Positions 8,239 to 16,804 of a stretch of DNA of 32,000 nt are shown here, piece by piece. The DNA is from Verrucomicrobiota bacterium (lineage in GTDB: Bacteria > Verrucomicrobiota > Verrucomicrobiia > Chthoniobacterales > UBA6821). The notes below the pieces were generated by a model. That model was not told where the DNA came from. It worked only from the letters and a program-made list of their open reading frames with translations, and made no database searches. Where the stretch lies: NCBI GenBank assembly GCA_008932965.1, contig WBXG01000006.1, positions 1 through 32,000 of the forward strand, given 5' to 3'. A program made the translations under genes and the position numbers. Each line of letters opens with the position of its first letter. The first letter of the stretch is position 1.

Positions 8239-10380
8239 CTAGTCTTCGCTACTACTCGAAGCAGCCGCTTGGTCACGATCTTTCATCGCAGCCTTGCGAC
8301 TCAGTTTTACACGGCCTTTATCATCAAGACCGATGCATTTTACCCAAATAAGATCTCCTGTCTTCACAACATCTTCGACTTTATTGATACGAACCTCTGC
8401 TAACTCAGAAATATGGCAAAGGCCATCTTTTCCGGGAAGAACTTCAACAAAGCAGCCAAATTCTTTAATAGAAACAACGGTTCCCTGATAGAGATCACCC
8501 ACGAGAATTTCACGTGTCATTCCTTGAATGATTTCCTTGGCGCGCTGTAAACTCTCAGCATTACTGGAGTAAATATTGACTGAACCATCATCTTCAATAT
8601 TAATTTCAGCACCTGTCTCAGCAACAATTCCTTTGATTGTCTTACCACCGGGTCCAATAAGAAGTCCAATTTTATCAACGGAGATTTTTACTGTCTCGAT
8701 ACGTGGGGCATAAGGACTCATTTCAACACGTGCTGCAGGAAGTGTTGTTGCCATATGCTCAAGAATCAATCCACGATTATGTTTGGTGTCTTCAATCGCT
8801 TCAGCCATCAGTTCATGAGTAATGCCAGGAAGCTTGAGGTCCAGCTGGAATCCCGTAATCCCTTCGGTTGTTCCACAAAGTTTAAAATCCATATCACCAA
8901 AGTGATCTTCTGATCCAATGATATCGGTAAGAATTGAATATCGAAGAATCGAGCCATCTTCTGATTGCTCAGTAACAAGTCCTGCTGAAATACCTGCGAC
9001 AGGACGCTTGAGAGGAACACCAGCATCTAAAAGTGCTAGAACCCCACCACATACCGAAGCCATCGAGGTAGAGCCATTGGATTCCATCACTTCACTAGTG
9101 ACACGAATGGCATAAGGAAAATCAGAAGCTGATGGAATAACAGGGAAAATCGAGCGTTCCGCAAGAGCTCCATGCCCAATTTCACGACGACTTTGGCTTC
9201 CAAATCGACCTGTCTCTCCAACGCTGAACGGAGGAAAATTATAATGCAAAAGAAAACGTTTTGTATCTTCACCACCTCCATAGGCATCGATGGTTTGTCC
9301 CTCATCAACCGTTCCTAAAGTAACTAAAGCGAGCGCTTGTGTCTCTCCACGCTGGAAAAGAGCAGAGCCGTGAGTTCGAGGAAGAAGTCCTGTTTCACTT
9401 GTAAGGGCTCGAAGTTCTTTTAAGCCACGGCCATCACATCGTTTTTGGCGATCAAGAATACTAACACGAAATGCTTTTTTCTGAAGATAGTCAAAAGCTT
9501 GAGAAATTTCAAAAGGTGTTGCTGTAGGAAATTTTTCTAGAACTGCTGCACGCACCTCTTCTTTTAAGGCTCCTACAGCCTTTCCGCGAGCAACTTTTCC
9601 GGAGGTATAAAGGGCATTTTCGATACGTTCCCCAGCGATATTATAAGCAATTTCTAATAAGCCCTCATCTACACTTAATAAAGGAACTTCTCTTTTTGTT
9701 TTTCCAATTTTAGCCACTAATTCACGTTGAGCAGCGATGATAAGGCGTACATTTTCGCGTGCAAAATCGAGTGCTTTGATAAAATCTGCTTCCGGAAGTT
9801 CATTCGCGGCACCCTCAATCATGATGACTTTATCTCCATCACCTACATAAACAAGGTCGAGATCGCTGAGCTCACGTTCACGATGCGTGGGATTAATCAC
9901 AAAATCTCCGGCCACGCGTCCTACACGAACCGCTCCAATGGGACCAGCAAATGGAATATCTGAAACACAGAGGGCTGCTGAAGCCCCATTAATGCTCAGT
10001 AAATCAGGATCATTTTCTCCATCTGCGCTGAGTAGGATACTTATGATTTGAGTATCGTATAAGTAACCTTTAGGAAAAAGGGGGCGCAGGGGGCGATCGA
10101 TCATTCGGCTCGTTAAAATTTCTTTTTCGCTAGGGCGCCCTTCACGCTTAAAATAACCACCAGGAATCTTTCCAACAGCAGCAGCTTTTTCCTTGTAATC
10201 GACTGTTAGAGGAAAGAAATCTTGTCCCTCCTTCATCGTTGTCGCACTGACCGCACTTGTCATCACGACAGTATCTGCATAGCTTACGACAACGGCTCCA
10301 TCGGCCAGCTTGGCGATTTTACCTGATTCAAAAGTAATAGGAGAGCGACCAACGAAAGCAGTAACAGTGTGTTGTGACAT
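8239..10380 (-). CDS. pnp: Polyribonucleotide nucleotidyltransferase (PNPase)
   Basis: It has two RNase PH domains plus KH (GPGGKTIK) and S1 (GTVVSIKEFGCFVE) domains. I prefer the start at MSQHTVTAF (ATG at 10380) over the extended ORF to 10500. Confidence 0.93.
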   Translation of the reverse strand: MSQHTVTAFVGRSPITFESGKIAKLADGAVVVSYADTVVMTSAVSATTMKEGQDFFPLTVDYKEKAAAVGKIPGGYFKREGRPSEKEILTSRMIDRPLRPLFPKGYLYDTQIISILLSADGENDPDLLSINGASAALCVSDIPFAGPIGAVRVGRVAGDFVINPTHRERELSDLDLVYVGDGDKVIMIEGAANELPEADFIKALDFARENVRLIIAAQRELVAKIGKTKREVPLLSVDEGLLEIAYNIAGERIENALYTSGKVARGKAVGALKEEVRAAVLEKFPTATPFEISQAFDYLQKKAFRVSILDRQKRCDGRGLKELRALTSETGLLPRTHGSALFQRGETQALALVTLGTVDEGQTIDAYGGGEDTKRFLLHYNFPPFSVGETGRFGSQSRREIGHGALAERSIFPVIPSASDFPYAIRVTSEVMESNGSTSMASVCGGVLALLDAGVPLKRPVAGISAGLVTEQSEDGSILRYSILTDIIGSEDHFGDMDFKLCGTTEGITGFQLDLKLPGITHELMAEAIEDTKHNRGLILEHMATTLPAARVEMSPYAPRIETVKISVDKIGLLIGPGGKTIKGIVAETGAEINIEDDGSVNIYSSNAESLQRAKEIIQGMTREILVGDLYQGTVVSIKEFGCFVEVLPGKDGLCHISELAEVRINKVEDVVKTGDLIWVKCIGLDDKGRVKLSRKAAMKDRDQAAASSSSED

Positions 10381-10574
10381 AATTTTTAGTAAGAGATAGG
10401 GTGTTACATTAGAAGCAATAAAGCTTTTTGTGTTTTTTGTTGTAGTTGAAATTTCAGGTTCAGCGCATGCCGATATCCTATTTGAGCAGAAACCTAACAA
10501 GGTTTGTTGGAACTAGGAGCCGCAGCTGCATTCTTTTTCCATTTCAACCTCAAACTTTAAAAGCCTCTATTCGG

Positions 10575-10829
10575 CTATTTTCTAAGTTGGAGTTGTTGAA
10601 TGAGTGATTGATAACGGTCGTTTGCTTTTTTCTTGAGATAATCAAGGAGCGAACGGCGTTGTGCTACGAGTGCAAGTAAACCACGTCGAGAAGAATGATC
10701 TTTGACATGACTTTTGAGATGTTCAGTGAGTGTTGTAATACGCTGTGTGAGGCTCACAATTTGAACATCAGCGCTTCCTGTGTCTTTTTCATGCAGCCGA
10801 AATGCTACGGTTGTATCAGTTGTTGTCAT
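10575..10829 (-). CDS. rpsO: 30S ribosomal protein S15
   Basis: The 84-aa product carries the [35 protein letters not shown] signature and sits in the conserved rpsO-pnp arrangement. Confidence 0.92.
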   Translation of the reverse strand: MTTTDTTVAFRLHEKDTGSADVQIVSLTQRITTLTEHLKSHVKDHSSRRGLLALVAQRRSLLDYLKKKANDRYQSLIQQLQLRK

Positions 10830-10889
10830 ATTTTTTTACTAGTTAAAGAAGCTCTCACAGTTGTTATGGCTTGGCAAGAAGAAAGATTG

Positions 10890-10951
10890 AACCCTGATAT
10901 TTCATACTCATCGCAGCTTCCTCGTCACGATGAGTATGGAATATTCGGGTT
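10890..10951 (-). mobile_element. MITE-like element, 62-bp minimal copy (termini only)
   Basis: The sequence is aaccctgatatttcatactcatcg cagcttcctcg tcacgatgagtatggaatattcgggtt. It lies about 60 bp upstream of the rpsO start. Confidence 0.75.
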
Positions 10952-10972
10952 TATCAACTCTATGTATTCTTT

Positions 10973-11006
10973 AAAAAAAAAGCCTGGATCATCGATCCAG
11001 GCTTTT
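10973..11006 (-). terminator. Rho-independent (bidirectional-looking) terminator
   Basis: A 9-bp stem, gcctggatc (10982-10990) / gatccaggc (10994-11002), is flanked by A9 (10973-10981) and tttt (11003-11006). On the minus strand the hairpin is followed by T9. It lies 35 nt after the stop of the 11038..11484 gene. Confidence 0.7.
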
Positions 11007-11037
11007 ATTTGATTAGAAAAAATAGAATTCTTTGAAA

Positions 11038-11484
11038 CTAGCTCCCAGCAGGGGAAGTTTTTAGTTTCATTTTTTGATGCATCTCTTGGCAATGTTTCTT
11101 AAGTTTTTCCATGATGGGCTTCATGCTCGGATCTTTTGTGCAAATAGCATCACAGAGTTCTTTTTTATGTCCTTTAGTCCCAAGTGTCGGATTCTCTGCA
11201 ATCACAGCTGCTTTTGTAGTACAAAAACGATGGCGTTCTTCTTTTGTTAAAACATCGTGGCACGATTTTTTCATGGTCCACTTGTCACAGGCCATTTCCT
11301 TTGTACAGGGCTTCTCCATCGTGCAGGCGCTCTTGTTGTCAGTGCCGCAACAGGAATTTGTTGTGGAGGTGACTGGATTGGAGATCGCAGCGGTAGTTGG
11401 CGATGGTGCCGTTTGTTCTTGGGCAACAGTGAAGCCGGTCATCAACAGAGCGGCTAGTAGGATAGTGCTAAGTCTCTTGTTCAT
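11038..11484 (-). CDS. Hypothetical secreted Cys-rich protein
   Basis: It has a signal peptide (MNKRLSTILLAALLMTGFTVA) and 11 Cys in the mature part. I recognise no family. Confidence 0.55.
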   Translation of the reverse strand: MNKRLSTILLAALLMTGFTVAQEQTAPSPTTAAISNPVTSTTNSCCGTDNKSACTMEKPCTKEMACDKWTMKKSCHDVLTKEERHRFCTTKAAVIAENPTLGTKGHKKELCDAICTKDPSMKPIMEKLKKHCQEMHQKMKLKTSPAGS

Positions 11485-11606
11485 AGTAATTTTGTTAATA
11501 AGTTAGATGTATCTTGCGATAGGAAAGATAACATAACACACCTTACTTATTTCGCAAGGCCTGATGATGCTTCTAACTTCCTTGCCTCAAGGATCCTTAA
11601 GAATTA

Positions 11607-11861
11607 CTACAATTTATTTTCTGAAGCTTTGTCTGCATGTGCAAAAAAGCGATGAGAGAGAATAAAAAAAGTGGGAGCCCAAAGGCCAACAAAAATACCA
11701 AAGCGCTCTCCATAGGCTCTATGAGCACAAGCAGCAGCGTTATTCCAATCTAGTGGAGAATTACCGCTCATAATATACCAAATAAGAATCGATCCAATAA
11801 TGGAGGCAAAGCCTGCAACGAAACAAAAGCTACCAAGCAGTTGAAGTGTTGATTTATTCAT
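11607..11861 (-). CDS. Hypothetical small membrane protein
   Basis: The 84-aa product has two TM-like segments. Confidence 0.45.
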   Translation of the reverse strand: MNKSTLQLLGSFCFVAGFASIIGSILIWYIMSGNSPLDWNNAAACAHRAYGERFGIFVGLWAPTFFILSHRFFAHADKASENKL

Positions 11862-12046
11862 AATGATTTTTAGTTTTTTAGTTTTTTTAAAAACGCTATT
11901 CCTATTTTGTTGAAACAGCGCAACTGCTTATTAGGTCATGGATTCTTTCTATGTGCAAGAATTAAGAATCATAAAATGGACTCATCAATAATGCTACCTA
12001 TGCTTGCCCGAATGCTTCACCCAAATTACCTACTAAAGAGCCCAAT

Positions 12047-13078
12047 CTAAATGGATGGGGGGCTGTTTATTTTCATGACTCGAAAACTTGTATATCCATC
12101 TTTTGTGACTGGCGGTGGAGCTTTTCCTTTTTCGACTTTATCTGTGGTATAGGTAGCTGCATACGCTTTCGGACAAGGATCAGTGCCAGGAACGAGGTAA
12201 TACTGTGTCATCAAATTATGATCGTGATGATACAGTGTATCACTCTGTGTGGTCGGGTTGCCACGGGTTGATGTCCATTCTTTAATTTCTAATTGAGAAT
12301 AAAAGAGTCCATAATTATCATAGAGTCCATTCATGTGGGTTTCATTTTGAGTATTTCCATAATAAAAATCGATTATTGGAAGTGACCACCGTGCACCTTC
12401 CTGTAATGTGATTCCAGTAAACATACTGCGATAGGTATCTCTAGTGGCATTAGCAAATCCACTAAGATAAGCATCATAACCGTTATCAATTTTATAGGCT
12501 CCAGTTTCTGTGGTTTCGTCTCCCTCAGGAGCCGTTGGCTGTCCATGGTGCAGCCAGTTACAGAAACGAGCAGCATCCAGTAAATTGATTCTAGTGATAG
12601 GGAGATCTCCTCTATGTACCTTATAGGATCGACCAGGAACTTCAATCTTCACTTCCGTATTAGGGTCGATCAAATCGTAATGGAATGTTCCATCGTTACG
12701 ACTGCTTTTCTGAATTTTAGCTACATGAGGAGGAGCAGTCTGGCGATGAGTTTTAGGATCAAATTGACCAACAGGATCCTTAGACATATCACTGGAGTAG
12801 AGTCCAAAGGGATCACTTTTTGTTGCTACCGCATTTAAAAAAGCACAATACTCATTGCCGGTAATACAAGATTCTGAGATATAAAAAAAGGGACCGTTTT
12901 GATTAGGTTTACCGTTTTGATCATTCTCTTCGTAAACGGGAATCTGTTTGATTTCAAAAGGGGGTACTAAAACTTCCAGGGGGGGGGAGTGAAGGCTCCT
13001 CAGAAGAGGGGGGGGCTTTAGGATCAGGCGTCGTTGTAGGAGAGTCCTCATTTCCGGAGGCAGGGAGAGAGGAATCAT
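12047..13078 (-). CDS. Formylglycine-generating-enzyme (SUMF1/FGE-sulfatase) domain protein, C-terminal fragment of a frameshifted gene
   Basis: It shows FGE-sulfatase-like motifs: GNEYCAFLNAVATKSDPFGLY, W..P, KEWTSTRG and GYTSFRVMK at the C-terminus. The N-terminal 35 aa are out-of-frame readthrough of the upstream ORF's Pro-rich tail. Confidence 0.7.
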   Translation of the reverse strand: MIPLSLPPEMRTLLQRRLILKPPPLLRSLHSPPLEVLVPPFEIKQIPVYEENDQNGKPNQNGPFFYISESCITGNEYCAFLNAVATKSDPFGLYSSDMSKDPVGQFDPKTHRQTAPPHVAKIQKSSRNDGTFHYDLIDPNTEVKIEVPGRSYKVHRGDLPITRINLLDAARFCNWLHHGQPTAPEGDETTETGAYKIDNGYDAYLSGFANATRDTYRSMFTGITLQEGARWSLPIIDFYYGNTQNETHMNGLYDNYGLFYSQLEIKEWTSTRGNPTTQSDTLYHHDHNLMTQYYLVPGTDPCPKAYAATYTTDKVEKGKAPPPVTKDGYTSFRVMKINSPPSI

Positions 13079-13388
13079 TTTGTTCTATGGTGGTTTCTCC
13101 AAGAGCTGTTGTTGTTGTTTTTATCCACGAACCATTAGCATACGTGGTTAGCTTCACCGATGATCCATCAACATTATCAATCGTTTTTACGGAGGAGCCA
13201 TCAGTCTTAGTGACGGTGGTGATTGTTGTACCATCAGATTTATCAATCCTAGTGACTGTTGATCCATCCGGATTATGAATGATGACTGGCGGAATTACAG
13301 AGGGACCAGAGTCATCTGCAAAAATGGGCGTCATTAGAAAAACAATCCAAAAAAAAGTGATAAAGAAAGAGGTAGGGATTCGATTCAT
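12954..13388 (-). CDS. Signal peptide plus DGS-repeat plus Pro-rich linker, N-terminal fragment of the same frameshifted gene
   Basis: It has a signal peptide (FFITFFWIVFLMTPIFA) and repeated DG(S/T)xV.. units. It ends in a Pro-rich stretch encoded by C8/C9 homopolymers and overlaps the FGE ORF over 12954-13078 in another frame. Confidence 0.6.
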   Translation of the reverse strand: MNRIPTSFFITFFWIVFLMTPIFADDSGPSVIPPVIIHNPDGSTVTRIDKSDGTTITTVTKTDGSSVKTIDNVDGSSVKLTTYANGSWIKTTTTALGETTIEQNDSSLPASGNEDSPTTTPDPKAPPSSEEPSLPPPGSFSTPF

Positions 13389-13404
13389 AAAAATTTTTGG
13401 GTTA

Positions 13405-13672
13405 ACCCGGATATTTCATACTGAATCGTCATGAGGCGCTGCGAATCCTGATGCAGACACCACCAGCGGTCGGGAGACCGCGGGGGAGACTGCCCTGGCT
13501 TTAAGGGGGCAGCACTGAAAGGGCGAGACGAGCGGGAGCAAGCGAGTCAACGAAGGTGATGGATTGTGACGACGGCTGTATGTTTCATACTGCCCGAGGA
13601 GCAATTCGAAGGTCAAGCAGTATCAATCAGGTGTTCGCAAGCCGCAGCAGAATCGGTATGAAATAGGCGGGT
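13405..13672 (+). mobile_element. MITE-like element, full 268-bp copy
   Basis: It is flanked by TA at 13403-13404 and 13673-13674, with termini acccggatatttcatactg ... ggtatgaaataggcgggt. It contains the 95-bp GC-rich internal module. The right-hand TA is part of the TAA stop of the minus-strand lipoprotein gene. Confidence 0.9.
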
Positions 13673-14496
13673 TAAGATTCTGGTGGTTCCAATAGCCTAA
13701 TTTTGGGATCGATCCAGCGGCTATCAGGAAAAATCAGGGGAGGAGTGGTAGTAACGAGGGTTGCTTTTTCTAAAACAAACTCAGGATAAAAAGAATCACT
13801 TGCTGGTTCATACACTTTCTCGCCGGAGAAGTGCCCCTCAAGTTGATACTCATAATTATTATCAGCTCCTATTTGATTTTTTTTTCGGTCAGGAGCTAGC
13901 ATTTTTTGCTCGTTGAACATGACTAATTGAGACCCTTTCCAAGGTTTGCTGGGCTCTTTTACCCAGCCCCACATATGATAGTCGACTTTATAAAAACGAC
14001 GTCCTATGAAGTAGTGACCTGGTGTTTCATTGGCAATGGCCCTCTTAATGGCAGTACGATCAGAGGCATTTTGCTCAACGATGGTTGTGCACCCAGAAAG
14101 AAATAGAAAAAAACCTAACAGTATCCCTAGCCCGAATATTTCATACTGATCGTGACGAGGAGGCCGCGAAAGCTGATGGGGCACCACCGGCGGTCGGGAG
14201 ACCGCGGGGGAGACTGCCCTGGCTTTAAGGGGGCAGCACTGAAAGGGCGAGACGAGCGGGAGCAAGCGAGTCAACGCAGACACATATTTTGACGCAGGGC
14301 TGTGTGTGTACACACTGCCCGAGGAAGACTTCGAGATCAACACAGCATCCATCTGACTTCCCGGTCTCCGCAGTAGATCAGAATGAAATATTTGGGCTAA
14401 AGCAACGAGGAATGGCTGTTGAAAGAATATTCTATCTTTAGAAATTCTTTTTTCATCATGATGACTCTGAGATCGCTCTCGTGGATGATCAGGCAT
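13672..14496 (-). CDS. Hypothetical lipoprotein with a MITE inserted in frame in its signal peptide (effective start uncertain)
   Basis: The ORF is open over 274 codons. A lipobox, LFLSGC, is followed by a 146-aa mature part. Codons 33-122 are the element (ALAQIFHSDLLRRPGSQMDAV...YEIFGL). Confidence 0.6.
   Translation of the reverse strand: MPDHPRERSQSHHDEKRISKDRIFFQQPFLVALAQIFHSDLLRRPGSQMDAVLISKSSSGSVYTHSPASKYVSALTRLLPLVSPFQCCPLKARAVSPAVSRPPVVPHQLSRPPRHDQYEIFGLGILLGFFLFLSGCTTIVEQNASDRTAIKRAIANETPGHYFIGRRFYKVDYHMWGWVKEPSKPWKGSQLVMFNEQKMLAPDRKKNQIGADNNYEYQLEGHFSGEKVYEPASDSFYPEFVLEKATLVTTTPPLIFPDSRWIDPKIRLLEPPES
14130..14397 (+). mobile_element. MITE-like element, full 268-bp copy, intragenic
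   Basis: It is flanked by TA at 14128-14129 and 14398-14399, with termini gcccgaatatttcatactgatc ... gatcagaatgaaatatttgggc. The internal GC-rich module lies at 14182-14276. Confidence 0.92.
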
Positions 14497-14628
14497 TTGA
14501 GAAAATTACTGAGGTGATTCCCCAATGACAAGAGCAACATTTTCTATTAAAAAGTTGCATCACAAAGGTTCGGCTGATATGCGTTCTAACTTAAGTTCAA
14601 AAGCCGTCATTTCACTCTAAAATCAAAT

Positions 14629-15129
14629 ATGTCCATGGAACGTTTTCAAAACTTATTAAAAGATCTTGGGTCAAGCGTTGGGTTGCCTGATTTGAAACCG
14701 AGTGATGATGGTCTTTGCTCTCTTCGCTTTGATGATCGAGTTACTATTGATTTAGAGAGTAATGATGAGACAGGAGCCATGATTTTCTCAAGTATTGTGG
14801 CAACATTATTACCCTATCAAACTGAAAAATTATACCCTGAATTACTTGAAGCCAATCTCCTGTGGGCGGGAACTGGTGGGGCTACTCTAGGTGTTGATCC
14901 TGCAACATTAAGTGTCTTTATGTGCTACCAGGAAAAAATTGAAGGAATGGAATTTCTACGATTTCAAGAGTTGCTTAAAGGCTTCAGCGATGTTGCCCTC
15001 TTTTGGAACAAGCGTCTTCAACAAGGAGAAGAGTCAGAGACGAGCCAAACACCATCTGAATCGGTCTCCCTAACTGAGGTCACTCCTCCTGCTCCTTCTG
15101 CTGCTGGATCGGTGGGGACTTATGCATAG
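14629..15129 (+). CDS. CesT/YbjN-like protein (type III secretion chaperone-like fold)
   Basis: The pattern F..LLKDLG..VGLPDLKPSDDGLCSLRFDD...IDLE......M.FSS.V..LP.....LY.ELLEANLLW..TGGATLGVD is typical of this family. The tail is acidic and Ser-rich. Confidence 0.5.
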   Translation: MSMERFQNLLKDLGSSVGLPDLKPSDDGLCSLRFDDRVTIDLESNDETGAMIFSSIVATLLPYQTEKLYPELLEANLLWAGTGGATLGVDPATLSVFMCYQEKIEGMEFLRFQELLKGFSDVALFWNKRLQQGEESETSQTPSESVSLTEVTPPAPSAAGSVGTYA

Positions 15130-15211
15130 CATTGATCCAGATTCTTCTGAAAAACTCTCCTTACCCGCTCTGAAAGAGGAACCAAGATTCCCTTCTCCAT
15201 TAAAGTTAAAA

Positions 15212-16027
15212 ATGCCTCCGATTCCTATTGGAACAAAATTATTAGGAGGATCTTCGCCTCTCTTTATTTTAGGCCCTTGTGTGATTGAGGGTGAAAAAGC
15301 CTTGATGCATGCAGCAAAAAAAATCTACTCGATCTGTGATGATCTAGGGGTCGATTTTATTTTTAAAGCCTCCTATGATAAAGCAAATCGGACCTCAGCC
15401 ACTTCCTATCGTGGTATGGGGCCTCGTGAAGGATGTGCGATGCTGGCCGAAGTTGGAGCAGCTATTGGGGTTCCTGTTACAACTGATATTCATACTGTAG
15501 AAGAAGTATTAATAGCGGCTGAATTCATTGACGTATTACAAATCCCTGCTTTTCTCTGTCGTCAGACCGATTTGATCGTAGCTGCTGCTAAGACTGGACG
15601 TGTTGTTAATGTCAAAAAGGGACAATTTCTTGCCCCATGGGATCTCAAGCCTATTGCAGAAAAACTGACACGTGCAGGGTGTGAAAAATTCTTTTTTACC
15701 GAACGAGGAACGACCTTTGGATATAACAACCTTGTGGCTGATATGCGTTCTCTTTATTGGATTCGAGAAGGTGGTTATCATGTTGTTTTTGATGCCACAC
15801 ACTCGGTCCAACGTCCCGGCGGAGGGGGAGATCATACTACTGGCGATGGAATTTTAGCGCCCGTACTAGCAAGGGCGGCGATGGCGGCTGGTGTTGATGG
15901 AATTTTTTTAGAAACTCATGAAGATCCCACCAAAGCCTTTTCTGATGGTCCCAATCAAATTTCTCATGCCACTCTTCCTAAGGTGCTCCGCTCTCTCTTA
16001 GCAATTCATAGGGCAATTTATGAGTGA
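15212..16027 (+). CDS. kdsA: 3-deoxy-8-phosphooctulonate (KDO8P) synthase
   Basis: It shows PLFILGPCVIE, FKASYDKANRTS, QIPAFLCRQTDL, KKGQF and DATHSVQ motifs. I chose the start at 15212 by comparison with KdsA length. The ATG at 15122 (overlapping the upstream stop) is an alternative. Confidence 0.9.
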   Translation: MPPIPIGTKLLGGSSPLFILGPCVIEGEKALMHAAKKIYSICDDLGVDFIFKASYDKANRTSATSYRGMGPREGCAMLAEVGAAIGVPVTTDIHTVEEVLIAAEFIDVLQIPAFLCRQTDLIVAAAKTGRVVNVKKGQFLAPWDLKPIAEKLTRAGCEKFFFTERGTTFGYNNLVADMRSLYWIREGGYHVVFDATHSVQRPGGGGDHTTGDGILAPVLARAAMAAGVDGIFLETHEDPTKAFSDGPNQISHATLPKVLRSLLAIHRAIYE

Positions 16028-16300
16028 CCCTCATTCACATTCTGAAAAACTTTAGATCTTCTCTTATTTGTTTGGTACCTCATAACACTTCAGCATCAAG
16101 GATCTGCGCTCATTGCGCAGACATCGGTTGAAAAAATTGAAATTCGAGAAAAGAGAAGTATTCTATAGTGTATTACGTTGAAAAAGGGATGATAGAAACG
16201 CTGAAAAATTTTCTTAGGACAAGGCCAAAGATCGAAGCACTATCGAAAGATAGCCAATGATCTGAGAGCGTACCCCTTTCAATTGAATCCATACTCTAAT

Positions 16301-16792
16301 ATGACCTTGTTTTTTTTAAGAGCCTCTATTTTTTTTATAATATCGGCCTTGGCCATCGGGGCACAAGCACCTTCGACCATACAAGAAGAGCCCCATTCTC
16401 AAAAAGATACTACTCCTCCTATCGATCTCCCAGCTCCTCTAGGAGAGGATATGAAAGGGATTTTCATCCCTCAATATGATGCTGAAGGGAATCCTACGAT
16501 GAACTTTATTGCAGAAAAAGCGCGCAAAATTAGTGAACAAGAACTCGAGGTTGATTCGCTAAACATTCAGTTTTTTGAACGAGATGGGAAGGATGTGACC
16601 GTATTTGTACCGCATGGAATATTTCATTTAGACACCAAAATTCTTTCTACCGATAGTGAGGTTACTATTAAACGTGAAGATTTTGAGATGGTGGGAGAAT
16701 CCGCTGCCTTTAATACTTCAACGCGATATGGCACTATGAAAGGACATGTGCACACAGAAATTCGCAATGGAATACCCGCTAAGACACTTTAA
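16301..16792 (+). CDS. lptC: LptC-like LPS export protein
   Basis: It has an N-terminal anchor followed by an OstA-like beta-jellyroll pattern, and sits immediately upstream of lptA-lptB. The start is the ATG at 16301 or the TTG at 16283. Confidence 0.55.
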   Translation: MTLFFLRASIFFIISALAIGAQAPSTIQEEPHSQKDTTPPIDLPAPLGEDMKGIFIPQYDAEGNPTMNFIAEKARKISEQELEVDSLNIQFFERDGKDVTVFVPHGIFHLDTKILSTDSEVTIKREDFEMVGESAAFNTSTRYGTMKGHVHTEIRNGIPAKTL

Positions 16793-16804
16793 ATAGGAGC
16801 AATA

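Noticed and set aside
8016-8351. Track ORFs that look like a conserved protein family. They are 8016..8351, 13416..13616, 19605..19964, 19651..19887, 26019..26201, 29780..30055, 30432..30617 and 10695..11012. All share IFHTD / LLRKPGSQMDA / YEISGL-type peptides.
   Set aside because: They are translations of the MITE-like repeat itself, in either orientation. The shared peptides follow from the stop-free frame of the repeat, and most of these ORFs overlap better-supported genes or intergenic hairpins. They are not independent genes.
14571-14586. A 16-nt exact match, ggctgatatgcgttct, upstream of the CesT-like gene and again inside kdsA (about 15733-15748).
   Set aside because: A single 16-mer coincidence is within chance expectation for a 32-kb window searched against itself. 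The flanking sequence shows no extended similarity or complementarity.
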